Notes: generated by a model from the letters alone, not told the origin. A stretch of 32,000 nt of DNA from a cyanobacterium endosymbiont of Braarudosphaera bigelowii (GCF_020885515.1 NZ_AP024987.1:1320001-1352000), one strand, 5' to 3'. Counted from the stretch's first letter, positions 1 through 10,122 are shown. Numbers and translations: made by a program.

Positions 1-2
1 CT

Positions 3-191
3 TGGAGTAATAGTCAACGTCAATTTATAATTTATTTTCCTGAAGAAAGCATTAGTGGTCAAAAGGCCTTTTCTTATGGCCATAATAATAAATTTTTTAG
101 CACTCTTGAATCTTTTATGATAGACGAGCGCAAGGTTACTCTAGATCTTCTAATACTGTACACATTGCAGCGTATTACTAGACAGAAATGA
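3..191 (+). CDS. C-terminal fragment of an unidentified protein truncated by the window edge
   Basis: Open frame 3 reads ...SNSQRQFIIYFPEESISGQKAFSYGHNNKFFSTLESFMIDERKVTLDLLILYTLQRITRQK* with TGA at 189-191; no family recognised. Confidence 0.4.
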   Translation, partial: WSNSQRQFIIYFPEESISGQKAFSYGHNNKFFSTLESFMIDERKVTLDLLILYTLQRITRQK

Positions 192-412
192 TCTGCTAAA
201 TATTTATTAAAACTGAGTTGATTAATCATATAGGTCATCAACTCTATAATGGTGAAGATATAGCCTAGATTATCTTAGTTGATAAATACTTATTGTGAGG
301 ATTAGCGCTTCAGAAAGAAAATATGTTGATCCTCACATAGGCTATATAATTATAGAAACATACTCATCATAGTAGGTAAGTCTTAAATAATCTTTTTTTT
401 TACTTACTAAGA

Positions 413-1348
413 TTAGAAGGTAGAAAACTCTCCTAAGATTTTTACTTCTGGTTCAAGTAATAATGACCAATGGTCTTGAACCTTTTGTTGAACATAGCGA
501 ATTAAATAGAAAATATCTTCTGCCTTAGCATGACCACAATTTAAAATAAAATTAGCGTGACAATGAGATATTTCAGCATCACCTACACGGTGACCTTTTA
601 ATCCTAATTGTTCTATTAACCATCCTGCTGAATATGACGAAGGATTTCGAAACACGCTTCCACAGCTTGGCTTGTCATAAGGTTGAGAACTTTTTCTTTT
701 TTGAAGATTTTCTTGCGTTTTCTTTGTTATCTCTTCTCTAGTGAATCCTTGTTGCAGTTGAAGAGTTGCTTCAAGAACTAAATATTTTCCATTTTGCAAA
801 AAGGAAGTTCTATAATTATAATTTAGATCTTCAGGTGTCAATGTTTTAATTTTACCATCGTAAGACAAAACAACTACATTCACTAATAAATCAGCGATAC
901 ACTTATTGTGAGCCCCTGCATTCATAACAACTGCTCCACCAACTGTTCCAGGAATACCAACAGCCCATTCTAGGCCTAGCCAACCTTTTTTAGCAGCTTG
1001 CCAAGCGACACTGACAATTGGTCTTCCCGCAGCTACTGTAACACATCCTGTCTCCTCATTAAATTGATAATGACGAAAATTACGTGTACTTAGTACTAAT
1101 CCTTCAATCCCTTTATCACTTATTAAAAGATTAGAACCAGCTCCCAGTAATGTTAATGACAAATTTTTACTTGAGAACCATTCAAAAGTTGCTTGTAGTT
1201 CTTGCCAATTATGGGGAGTTGCATACCATTGAGCTTTTCCACCTACTTTGTAAGAAGTGTAAGGAGCCAAAGATACATTACTATGAATCTTCCCCATAGC
1301 ACCATGTGATTTAATATATCCAGACAAAGAAGGAAATAGATGAGTCAT
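413..1348 (-). CDS. murB: UDP-N-acetylenolpyruvoylglucosamine reductase
   Basis: 311 aa; MurB motifs GAGSNLLISDKG, EWAVGIPGTVGGAVVMNAGAH, NYRTSF, CGSVFRNP, AGWLIEQLGLKGHRVGDAEIS, LEPEVKILG. Confidence 0.96.
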   Translation of the reverse strand: MTHLFPSLSGYIKSHGAMGKIHSNVSLAPYTSYKVGGKAQWYATPHNWQELQATFEWFSSKNLSLTLLGAGSNLLISDKGIEGLVLSTRNFRHYQFNEETGCVTVAAGRPIVSVAWQAAKKGWLGLEWAVGIPGTVGGAVVMNAGAHNKCIADLLVNVVVLSYDGKIKTLTPEDLNYNYRTSFLQNGKYLVLEATLQLQQGFTREEITKKTQENLQKRKSSQPYDKPSCGSVFRNPSSYSAGWLIEQLGLKGHRVGDAEISHCHANFILNCGHAKAEDIFYLIRYVQQKVQDHWSLLLEPEVKILGEFSTF

Positions 1349-1464
1349 AAACTATCTAAATTAATTAAAGTTGACTGGAAAATACGACTGCTAGCTTAAT
1401 AAATTGTTCCGTTTCATGGACATGGTACATACTATAGTTTAATCAATTTTAATTATTAGTTAAT

Positions 1465-2922
1465 TCAACAAAGATTAATAATATTAGGGATAATTTGGTT
1501 TAGATTACCTGCACCCAAAAATAGAGCCAAGTCTTTAGGCTGTAATAATTCAGGAAGTTTCTGAGATAGAATTTCTAGAGATGGAAAATAAAATACTTGA
1601 GGATGGTTTTTCTTAACTTCTCTAACTAGATCTTCGCCATGTATATTATTAATATTAATTTCTCCAGCACCATAAATATCTGTTAAAACTACTAGATCTG
1701 CATTATTAAAACAAGTAGCAAATTTCTCTAATAAAGCAAAAGTACGGCTATATCGATGAGGCTGAAAGATAACAACTACACGATTAATTAAAGTATTGTC
1801 AATTTTAGAAACTGCTGCTGATAAAGTTGCATCAATCTCACTAGGATGATGGGCATAGTCGTCAATGAAAGTGATTTCGTTACAATAACCACGTTTTTCA
1901 AAACGCCTTTTTGGTCCTTGAAAATTTAATAGCGCATTTACAATGGTAGAAAATTCTAAACCTAGTTCCCTTCCAACAGCAATAGTAGCAAGAGCATTAC
2001 TAATATTATGATTACCAAGAATAGTTAAATTTAGCTGTCCTAAGCAAATTCCTCTTTCCCAGACTTCAGCTCTAGCTCCTTTATTATCATTAATAAGATT
2101 TTTAACTTTATAATCTGCTTGCTTATTAAAATCTAGGCTATAAGTAATATGAGGTGAAAAGTATGAAGAAATAATTTTACAATCAAGAGAGCCAACCAGA
2201 ATATCACATTGTGCTGCAAAAATTTGAAATGTGTTGATGACCTCATCTAAGTCTTGATAATAATCGGGATGATCCAGTTCTATATTGGTTATAACACCAA
2301 TATGAGGATGATGTTTAATTAGGGAACCATCAGATTCGTCTACTTCAGCTACAAGATATCCTTCTTTTGCACCCATTCTAGCATTACCATCCCAAGCATC
2401 CACCTCACCTCCAATAATAATAGTAGGGTCAATACCTGCTTGAAGCAACATATATCCAATTAGGCTACTAGTTGTTGTTTTGCCATGAGTACCTGCTATG
2501 CCAATACTCTTATAATCACTGATTAAAGCTGCTAAGATATCAGAACGATGAAAAATAGGACAACCCTTTTTTTTTGCAGCAAGATATTCAGGATTGTCAT
2601 TGGTAATAGCTGTAGAACAAATTACTTGAGGCAAATATTTTTTATTTTGAACAATTTTGTTGTCGTAATTAGAAGTGAAAATTTCTTCTAACACCTGTTT
2701 TTGGTTACAGTTAAAGAATTCCAAATTTATTGCTTCTTGATGATTAAAAATACGAACACCAACTTTTTGTAATCGTTCAATAATATTAGTTGAACGTAAA
2801 TCAGATCCAGAAACAGGAAGCTTACGTTTGGCTAAAATATATGCTAGAGCAGACATTCCAATTCCGCCAATGCCAATAAAGTGAAAAGGCTGACCACTAA
2901 AGTCTATAGTTTTTCCCATCAT
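1465..2922 (-). CDS. murC: UDP-N-acetylmuramate--L-alanine ligase
   Basis: 485 aa; HFIGIGGIGMSALA, GTHGKTTTSSLIGYML, EVDESDGSLIKHHP, DDYAHHPSEIDATL, VFQPHRYSRT, DIYGAGE. Confidence 0.96.
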   Translation of the reverse strand: MMGKTIDFSGQPFHFIGIGGIGMSALAYILAKRKLPVSGSDLRSTNIIERLQKVGVRIFNHQEAINLEFFNCNQKQVLEEIFTSNYDNKIVQNKKYLPQVICSTAITNDNPEYLAAKKKGCPIFHRSDILAALISDYKSIGIAGTHGKTTTSSLIGYMLLQAGIDPTIIIGGEVDAWDGNARMGAKEGYLVAEVDESDGSLIKHHPHIGVITNIELDHPDYYQDLDEVINTFQIFAAQCDILVGSLDCKIISSYFSPHITYSLDFNKQADYKVKNLINDNKGARAEVWERGICLGQLNLTILGNHNISNALATIAVGRELGLEFSTIVNALLNFQGPKRRFEKRGYCNEITFIDDYAHHPSEIDATLSAAVSKIDNTLINRVVVIFQPHRYSRTFALLEKFATCFNNADLVVLTDIYGAGEININNIHGEDLVREVKKNHPQVFYFPSLEILSQKLPELLQPKDLALFLGAGNLNQIIPNIINLC

Positions 2923-3266
2923 CTCTCCTTACAAACCACACAACTAGAACGAAATTAATAGATTACAGATTTATGGCCACTACATAAAAAGCTAATTTGT
3001 TGGTTATAAAGCAGACCAAATCTAATAATAACTACATTTGATTTAAAGGTAAAGGTATTATATCTATCAAAAAATTATGAAAAAACAATACCACAACTTT
3101 TGACTATTAAAATATCTATTTTTAACCATTTTTGTATTTGCTAAGATCTCTTAGGAATAGGCTAATAAGAGGCAATAAATTAACAAAAATTGTAAAAAAT
3201 CGTTTACTTGGAAAGGTAATACTCTAACTACATATAGATGTTAAAGCTAAACAGTTAAGTTACTGA

Positions 3267-3297
3267 AAATAAACTTTATCAAAAATAAAGTTTATTT
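3267..3297. repeat. Perfect 13-bp inverted repeat with 5-nt loop
   Basis: aaataaactttat-caaaa-ataaagtttattt read directly in the murC/peroxiredoxin gap. Confidence 0.85.
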
Positions 3298-3593
3298 AGC
3301 TTATGAAAAGTACGTTCAAAGTTATCAAAATTGGCTGTGATTTTAGTTTTTTAGGCAACATTGATTATTATCTTATACTTATCTAATATATGAAATATAA
3401 GAACTAATATTAATAGTAGTTTCTCTTAAGGAAATTGAATTATTCTATATATTCATAGACGTTCATTGGGTTTTAATTTAATAAACTTAATATTGAACAA
3501 TAAGCAGGCCATTTTTGCAAAAAAAATAGTTTATAGTTTTTTGAAAATCTTATATTCTGTAATCTTTGCCTAATTAAAAACTTATAAAATTAT

Positions 3594-4193
3594 CTAAGTC
3601 TCAGAGAAGTACATATTTGACTTTCCTAAATTTAAGACTATTGCTTTATTTCCTTCTTGCCAGTCCACAGGACATACCTCTCCGGGATAATTCTGAACAT
3701 GTTGTATTGCCTTGAGAATACGTAACGTTTCATTGATACTACGTCCAAAGGATAAATTGTTAATTGTGATGTGTTGAATAATTCCTTCTCTATCAATTAT
3801 AAATAATCCCCTTAAAGCGACACCAGAATCTGGATCTAAAACATTATAAGCATTACTAATTTCTTTTTTCAGATCAGATATTAAAGGATAGTTTATATCA
3901 GCCACACCACCATTTGTACGAGGTGTTTGAATCCAAGCTAAATGAGAAAATTCACTGTCGACAGAAATGCCTAGAACTTCAGTATTTATTCTAGAGAATT
4001 CCTCATATCTATCACTAAAAGCAATTACTTCTGTAGGACAAACAAAAGTAAAATTTAAAGGGTAAAAAAACAAGACAACATATTTACCAAGGTAGTCAGA
4101 AAGCTTCTTAACTTGAAATTCCTGATCCACTATTGCTGTAGCTATAAAATCAGGAGCAACTTGTCCAACTCGTAAATTTTCTTGTATGTTCAT
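3594..4193 (-). CDS. Typical 2-Cys peroxiredoxin
   Basis: 199 aa; peroxidatic motif [24 protein letters not shown] and resolving EVCPVDW. Confidence 0.93.
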   Translation of the reverse strand: MNIQENLRVGQVAPDFIATAIVDQEFQVKKLSDYLGKYVVLFFYPLNFTFVCPTEVIAFSDRYEEFSRINTEVLGISVDSEFSHLAWIQTPRTNGGVADINYPLISDLKKEISNAYNVLDPDSGVALRGLFIIDREGIIQHITINNLSFGRSINETLRILKAIQHVQNYPGEVCPVDWQEGNKAIVLNLGKSNMYFSET

Positions 4194-4401
4194 AGTTCGA
4201 TCTCTAACAATAAAATCATTTAAGATTTATATTCTGTCATAAGCTTATCTTCAAGCTAATTATATTAGCTTTGTCTTAACTTATTTGTTTCTGAAACAAA
4301 ATATTTTTAGAATTAGCTATATACAGCAGATATAGAAATAATATGAATATTAAATTAATTTCACCGTTATCTTTGAAAAAGTAGAGTGAGATTACTTTGG
4401 T

Positions 4402-5157
4402 TTAGTTCATAACCATTCCACCATCTATATTGATTACTTGTCCTGTAATATAAGCTGCGGAAGGATCAACTGCCAAAAATTTTACGAGCCCTGCTACTTC
4501 TTTCACCGTACCTAACCTTCTTAAAGGAATAGATTGTAAAATATTTTCTTTTTCTATATCTTTTGTCATATTAGTATCAATAAAGCCAGGAGCGATAGCG
4601 TTAACTGTTATACTACGACTAGCGACTTCTTTCGCTACTGATTTAGTAAAACCCAATATACCTGCCTTAGCTGCACTATAGTTGGCTTGTCCAGGATTTC
4701 CTACTTCGCCTACTACAGAAGAAATATTAATTATACGCCCACTTTTTTGCTTGAGCATGATCTTTATAACAGCTTGAGTACAAAGAAAAACTCCTGTAAG
4801 ATTTAAGTCTATAACTGTTTGCCAATCATCAGGTTTCATACGTAATAACAATTTGTCCCGTGTAACTCCGGCATTATTAACCAAGATGTCAATCCTACCA
4901 AATGTATTTAATGTGGTGTCAATAAGTTTATTAATATCTTCTGAATTAGCAACATTGGCTTGAACCGCAATGGCTTCTCCTCCATTCTCTGTTATATTTT
5001 TTACTACTTTTTCTGCTGCTATTTTAGAATTAGAGTAGTTAACAACAACTTTTAGGCCCAAACTACTTAGCTCTATGGCAATAGCACGGCCAATACCTTG
5101 GGATGAACCAGTAACAATAGCAACTCTGGAATCTAACGGTAAAACTGATGTCAACAT
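4402..5157 (-). CDS. fabG: 3-oxoacyl-[acyl-carrier-protein] reductase
   Basis: 251 aa SDR; VTGSSQGIGRAIA, NVLVNNAGVTRD-like (ILVNNAGVTRDKLL), YSAAKAGILGFTKS, IAPGFIDTNM, GQVINIDGGMVM. Confidence 0.92.
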   Translation of the reverse strand: MLTSVLPLDSRVAIVTGSSQGIGRAIAIELSSLGLKVVVNYSNSKIAAEKVVKNITENGGEAIAVQANVANSEDINKLIDTTLNTFGRIDILVNNAGVTRDKLLLRMKPDDWQTVIDLNLTGVFLCTQAVIKIMLKQKSGRIINISSVVGEVGNPGQANYSAAKAGILGFTKSVAKEVASRSITVNAIAPGFIDTNMTKDIEKENILQSIPLRRLGTVKEVAGLVKFLAVDPSAAYITGQVINIDGGMVMN

Positions 5158-5245
5158 CTTATTTATAAAGCTCTACTATCTTAACTGTTTATATTTTCAA
5201 TTTTAGCTGTATAAATTAAGATAATATAAGAATTTTATAGATTTT

Positions 5246-7609
5246 TTGTCAAATCCTTTATTAATGGATACTCGTCAAATCAAATGGCAATCTCCACCAT
5301 TTATAGATTTACCTTCTTCGTTTATAAATGATCTTAACTCTTTTAATATTTCTTCTCTAGAAAATTTTATACCTCAACTTTTATGGAATAGAAATATTAG
5401 AACTTTAGATCAGCTTAAAAATTTCTTAGATTTTAGTTCCTATGAATCTATAAGCATTTTAGAAATTTGGAATGAAGCTATACCTTCTATTCATAGATTA
5501 AAGACAGCAATTGAAAATAAAGAAAAAGTTATGATCTGTGGAAGAGAAGGTATTAATAACATTATTGGTACAAGTTTATTGTGGGAAGGATTAGGAAACT
5601 TTCTAATTCCTTATATCCAAATTAATTACTATATTCCTAGTTATAGCACTAAGTGTCATGGCTTTAATAATGCAATGATAAGGCAATTAGCCATAGAAGG
5701 AGTAAGTTTAATTATTAGTTGTGGTGTCAAAGACTTTAATTTACAAGACATTACTTATGCAAAATCTCTAGGTATTGACATTGTCGCAATAGGTAGAAAT
5801 ATTAACATCAACAATCTACATGATACTCTTTATACTATCGATTCTTACTCTTTATCTGAAAATCATCCTTTTTTTAATTTATCAGAAACTCCATTAGCAT
5901 ATAAGTTAATTGAAGCTCTTCATATAAAAATATCTAACATACCAAACAATAATTTAGATAGTCTATTAGATTTAGTAGCTATTAATTCAATTTCTACTTT
6001 ATTGACATCAAATACAGAACTAAGATACTTAACTAAAAAAGGAATTCAAAATTTAGAGAAACAACTGAAAAATCCTAGTAGACCTGGGATAGCTTATCTA
6101 TTGTACTTATGTAAATTATCTGGAAGTCGTCCGACCGATATTTATTCTGGTATAGGTTCTAGAATTAACTCTATTTGTTGTGTTAATAAAAGTTCTAGTT
6201 TTCTTGTAGAATTACTAACTAATAAAAATAAAGACTATTCTGAAAAACTTGCTCTTGAGGCTGAATTATCTAATATCCGATATAATAATCTATTACAACA
6301 TATTATTAGAAATATTAGACAAACACTGAAAGATGTAGACTTGTTAACTACTCAAGTTATTGTTTTAGAAGATCCTGAATGGGAAAGTGAAATATTAAAA
6401 TTAATTGTTCAAGAGGTTTCACGTGAATATGATAAACCAACAATTTTATTAACAAATGCAGAATGTAAGGAAAGTAAACAGCAAAATTTAATTTTTTCTA
6501 AAGGATATGCATTTTCTTCTAATAATGTCAATACTTATAAATTAATATCTTCTCAACGAGATCTACTATACTCATTTTATGGAGAAGAACATTCAAATTT
6601 AATTGATTTAAGTTTAAAGACTGAAAATGTTTCCTTATTTAGGGAGAGAGTAAACCAATATTTGCGGCAGGAGTTTGTCGAAATAAATATTGTGCAATCT
6701 ATAATCAAAGCTGATCTAACAGTTACAGTTTCCCAACTTGGACAGTCTTTATTCAGAGAATTAAAGATTTTAGAGCCTTACAGTATAAATAATTTAATTC
6801 CTAAGTTACTAATTAAAAATTGTCATCTTAAAATTTCAAAGAGTAGGAACCGTAAACATGTCAAAAATAACACCTTAAAGTACATAAAAGCTGAGTTTAC
6901 CATTTATGACTCCTCCTCTACAGAAGGATTTTTTGGTGTTTGGTGGGGACATTCCAGAGAAGAGTTACAGGTTAAAGAAGATAAAAAATTCGATGTTATT
7001 GTAGAGTTAAGTTATAACAACTTACAACCTGAAAACTATGAAATACGTTTAGTCGAAATGAGAGAAATTTCTCATTCCCATAATCTTTCTACAATAAAAA
7101 AAACAAAAATAAAATTATTAGATTATAGAAATAACAATAAAGTTATTCCTAATAGTATGGAAAATGAATCAGTCAACCTCTGCCCTGTTGATTGGCTAGA
7201 ATTGTTAAGACTATATGACAAAAGCTGTAAAAACCAGCAGAGCTTAGTTTTGTCATACTCACATAGTATTGATTCATCTTCTATGAGTACAATCCAAAAA
7301 GCTATTGATATTGCCAATTTTTTATCTTGTAATGATAAAAAAATTACAAGAAAGAATTTACAGGAAATCTTATCATTAAGTGATTTTAGTCTAACATTAA
7401 CGTTAAGTTTCTTGGAAAAATTTGGATTTTTAATCAATAAAAACAATGAAAGGTTATCTTTTCATGCTGTAATAAATACAAATAGTCAATACAAAGTATT
7501 GCTACAAAAACTTACTGAAGTAATTGAAGAGGAAAATTTTAAGAAAAGATATTTTATTCAAATTCCTATAGAGATATTAGAACAAATTTTAGCCCATGGC
7601 AGTCCTTAG
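5246..7609 (+). CDS. recJ: RecJ-family (DHH superfamily) single-strand exonuclease homologue with degenerate catalytic motifs
   Basis: 787 aa, uninterrupted; RecJ scaffold recognisable (GTSLLWEGLG, YYIPSYST..HG, YAKSLGID, LAYKLIEAL, LDLVAI, RPTDI.SGIGSRIN, FLVELLT, PTILL, LSQLG-like VSQLGQSLFRELKILEPY, GVWWGH), but catalytic Asp/His positions are substituted. Confidence 0.85.
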   Translation: MSNPLLMDTRQIKWQSPPFIDLPSSFINDLNSFNISSLENFIPQLLWNRNIRTLDQLKNFLDFSSYESISILEIWNEAIPSIHRLKTAIENKEKVMICGREGINNIIGTSLLWEGLGNFLIPYIQINYYIPSYSTKCHGFNNAMIRQLAIEGVSLIISCGVKDFNLQDITYAKSLGIDIVAIGRNININNLHDTLYTIDSYSLSENHPFFNLSETPLAYKLIEALHIKISNIPNNNLDSLLDLVAINSISTLLTSNTELRYLTKKGIQNLEKQLKNPSRPGIAYLLYLCKLSGSRPTDIYSGIGSRINSICCVNKSSSFLVELLTNKNKDYSEKLALEAELSNIRYNNLLQHIIRNIRQTLKDVDLLTTQVIVLEDPEWESEILKLIVQEVSREYDKPTILLTNAECKESKQQNLIFSKGYAFSSNNVNTYKLISSQRDLLYSFYGEEHSNLIDLSLKTENVSLFRERVNQYLRQEFVEINIVQSIIKADLTVTVSQLGQSLFRELKILEPYSINNLIPKLLIKNCHLKISKSRNRKHVKNNTLKYIKAEFTIYDSSSTEGFFGVWWGHSREELQVKEDKKFDVIVELSYNNLQPENYEIRLVEMREISHSHNLSTIKKTKIKLLDYRNNNKVIPNSMENESVNLCPVDWLELLRLYDKSCKNQQSLVLSYSHSIDSSSMSTIQKAIDIANFLSCNDKKITRKNLQEILSLSDFSLTLTLSFLEKFGFLINKNNERLSFHAVINTNSQYKVLLQKLTEVIEEENFKKRYFIQIPIEILEQILAHGSP

Positions 7610-7697
7610 TACCAAGTAATAACTTGCCTCTTAATAATCTAGAAAGTTGCATTATCTATTCAATCTCTAAGATAACGAAATTTTCAATTTAATTAAT

Positions 7698-8531
7698 ATG
7701 ATTACTAAAATAATAAAAAATATTGGTATTATCATTATAATTAGCAGTTCTTTTGCAGTTTATTCCATAAAAAATGCAAGTCTTGCTCCTGGAAAAGATG
7801 ATATACAGTATGAAAACAATACTTTAATGAAAGTATATAAAGATATAGAATTAGAAGCCATTCAATGGTATAACGAGGGAATTTTGAAGATAGAGAGTAA
7901 AAATTATCAGGAAGCAATTCTTTCTTTCACCACATCAATTGAGCTAAATAAAGATGATCCAGATTTTTACTATAATCGAGGTTATTCTTTTTTATCTTTA
8001 GAACAATTTCAGGAGGCAATTAGCGATTATACTCAAGCCATTCAACTCAATTCTGATTTTTCTTATGCTTACGGTAATCGATGTTATTCTTATCATCAAA
8101 CAAAAGACTATGAAAAAGCTATTGAAGATTGTTCAATAGCTATTAGTTTAGAACCTGATTACGCAGATTTTTATACTTATCGTGGTAATGCTAAAGATAA
8201 CTTAAAAATGCATGAAGATGCGGTTATAGACTATGGTAAGGCAATTTATTTAAAAAATAACAATTTTAAAACTTACTATAATCGAGCTCTAGCTTATAAT
8301 CGCCTAGGAAAGTCACTTAAAGCAGTTCTTGATTATACAAAGTCTATTGAGCTCAACCCTGACTTTGCTAATGCTTACCACAATAGAGGTGTAACACAGT
8401 ACAAGCTAGGAGAAACAGATAAAGCGATTAAAGATTTAAGGAAAGCGACTTTATTGTTTCAACTTCAAGGTAAAGTAGATAACGCTCAACATACTATAAG
8501 TACTTTAAAAGTTCTTCAACATGAAAAATGA
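7698..8531 (+). CDS. Tetratricopeptide repeat protein with N-terminal signal/membrane segment
   Basis: 277 aa; hydrophobic N-terminus (IGIIIIISSSFAVYS) and successive TPR units such as DFYYNRGYSFLSLEQFQEAISDYTQAIQL. Confidence 0.85.
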   Translation: MITKIIKNIGIIIIISSSFAVYSIKNASLAPGKDDIQYENNTLMKVYKDIELEAIQWYNEGILKIESKNYQEAILSFTTSIELNKDDPDFYYNRGYSFLSLEQFQEAISDYTQAIQLNSDFSYAYGNRCYSYHQTKDYEKAIEDCSIAISLEPDYADFYTYRGNAKDNLKMHEDAVIDYGKAIYLKNNNFKTYYNRALAYNRLGKSLKAVLDYTKSIELNPDFANAYHNRGVTQYKLGETDKAIKDLRKATLLFQLQGKVDNAQHTISTLKVLQHEK

Positions 8532-8673
8532 TATTCTCTTTGTATATATCGAATAAGATGATATTGTAAATACTTCACTAATATTCTAATTGCGATAAAA
8601 GACAATATATAAGGGTACTAACCATGATATGCTCACATATTTCTCACAATAGATTTAAGTAAGATATTTTGTT

Positions 8674-9873
8674 TTAAGGATTAACAGGAAAATAAAATTC
8701 AATACCTTTGTCGATTAGATGTTGATTGTTAGCTAAAATCTCTTTTTTAAAATTCCAAGCTAAAACATAATAAATATCAGGCAATTCTTTTAATTCTTTT
8801 TCTATTAGGACTGGAATATGCATTCCTGGAGAATAAAGGCCTCTTCTAAGTTCGTTTTTTTCAATTAAATAATTTAAGTATTGTGTTCCTATACCAAAAT
8901 AATTTAACATTGTATTGCCTTTTACAGGAGCACCAAATCCCCAAATCTTTTTACCATCCTTTTTGGCTTGATCTAAAAAAGATAAGTTATCAACTTTCAT
9001 TTTTTTAATTCTTTTCGCAAAATCTAAATAGGTAGCAAATTCATTACTTTTATCCTCTACTTCTGCTTTTCGCATTTTTAACAGGCGTTCACTAGGATTC
9101 TTCTTACCCTTATGGGTTACATACCCAATAATTGAGCCACCATGAATGGGCGATAAATATGCGTCAAACATTGATAAATCATGACGCTCAAGTAAGATTT
9201 CTATCGTATTCAGATTATAGTATAAGAGATGTTCATGATATATTTGATCGAATGCTAAATTATCTACAATTTTTTTCATGTAAAGAAATTGCACTACAAA
9301 AATACCATCTTCTTTTAATGCTTTTTTTATGCCTTCAGTGACAGAATGTAATTCCTCCAGGTGAAAGAAAACTCCTGCCGCATTAATGATATCAAATTTT
9401 TTATTAAGAGATTTTACTAAGTTAAGATTAAAAAAATTATTAACTGTTGGAATATTATTATCATTAGCAATTTTTGCGGTTTTCTTAGATGATTCTACTC
9501 CCAGTACTTCGTAATCCAAAGCTTGAAAATGTTTTAATTGAGTTCCATCATTAGAACCTATATCTAAGACAGACTTAGTACGAAAATCCTTAAAAAATTT
9601 ATTATCGACTTCATGAGCAATATTTTTGAAATGTTCGCTTAGAGAATTTGTTACTCCAGATAGATAGGTATGATCTCCAAACATTATTTCTTTTTTGACA
9701 GTATAGTCCAGTTGTACTGTACCGCAATTGTGGCAATATAATACTCTTAATGGATAGAATGGTTCTTTTCCTATTGACTGGATATCCAAGAAATTGTTAC
9801 ACCAAGGTTGATGTCCTAAATCAATAGCTAGTTCTAAATCGGTAGAATCACAGACACGACAGATATTGTTCAA
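8674..9873 (-). CDS. Class I SAM-dependent (sugar C-)methyltransferase with N-terminal Cys-rich zinc-binding domain
   Basis: 399 aa; CRVCDSTDLE...YCHNCGTVQLD, SVLDIGSNDGTQL, FDIINAAGVFFHLEELHSVTEGI, IWGFGAPVKGNTMLNYFGI. Confidence 0.85.
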   Translation of the reverse strand: MNNICRVCDSTDLELAIDLGHQPWCNNFLDIQSIGKEPFYPLRVLYCHNCGTVQLDYTVKKEIMFGDHTYLSGVTNSLSEHFKNIAHEVDNKFFKDFRTKSVLDIGSNDGTQLKHFQALDYEVLGVESSKKTAKIANDNNIPTVNNFFNLNLVKSLNKKFDIINAAGVFFHLEELHSVTEGIKKALKEDGIFVVQFLYMKKIVDNLAFDQIYHEHLLYYNLNTIEILLERHDLSMFDAYLSPIHGGSIIGYVTHKGKKNPSERLLKMRKAEVEDKSNEFATYLDFAKRIKKMKVDNLSFLDQAKKDGKKIWGFGAPVKGNTMLNYFGIGTQYLNYLIEKNELRRGLYSPGMHIPVLIEKELKELPDIYYVLAWNFKKEILANNQHLIDKGIEFYFPVNP

Positions 9874-9959
9874 AATTTTTTCTCCTAGATGAAATATAAA
9901 TTAACTTAACTTGAAGTTTAAAAATATTTTTTATATATCACTTTAGTAGTCTTTATAAT

Positions 9960-9985
9960 TGTTCTGTTTTTAGAGAAACAGAACA
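9960..9985. repeat. Stem-loop-forming inverted repeat
   Basis: TGTTCTGTTT-TTAGAG-AAACAGAACA, 10-bp perfect arms (11 with a T-G closing pair); outer arms CTTTATAA (9951-9958) / TTATAAAG (9995-10002). Confidence 0.75.
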
Positions 9986-10122
9986 TGAAAAACTTTATAA
10001 AGTAAACTATTTATATTTTTAATTTTCTGAAAAAATAAATAAGGTATAAATTACAATTCTGTTTAAAAAACATTTATTTTTTAAATAGACTTTTAAATAA
10101 TGAACATGTAGGCTTTTATCAT

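Noticed and set aside
7123-7446. 107-aa antisense ORF within the RecJ-family gene
   Set aside because: Fully inside a longer, family-supported CDS; leucine/serine-rich shadow ORF with no recognisable domain.
7698-8531. Repeated TPR units considered as a DNA-level tandem repeat or CRISPR-like array
   Set aside because: Repetition is at the protein level only (degenerate 34-aa TPR units); no conserved nucleotide repeat or spacer pattern.
9132-9341. 69-aa ORF on the plus strand opposite the methyltransferase
   Set aside because: Shadow of the well-supported minus-strand CDS.
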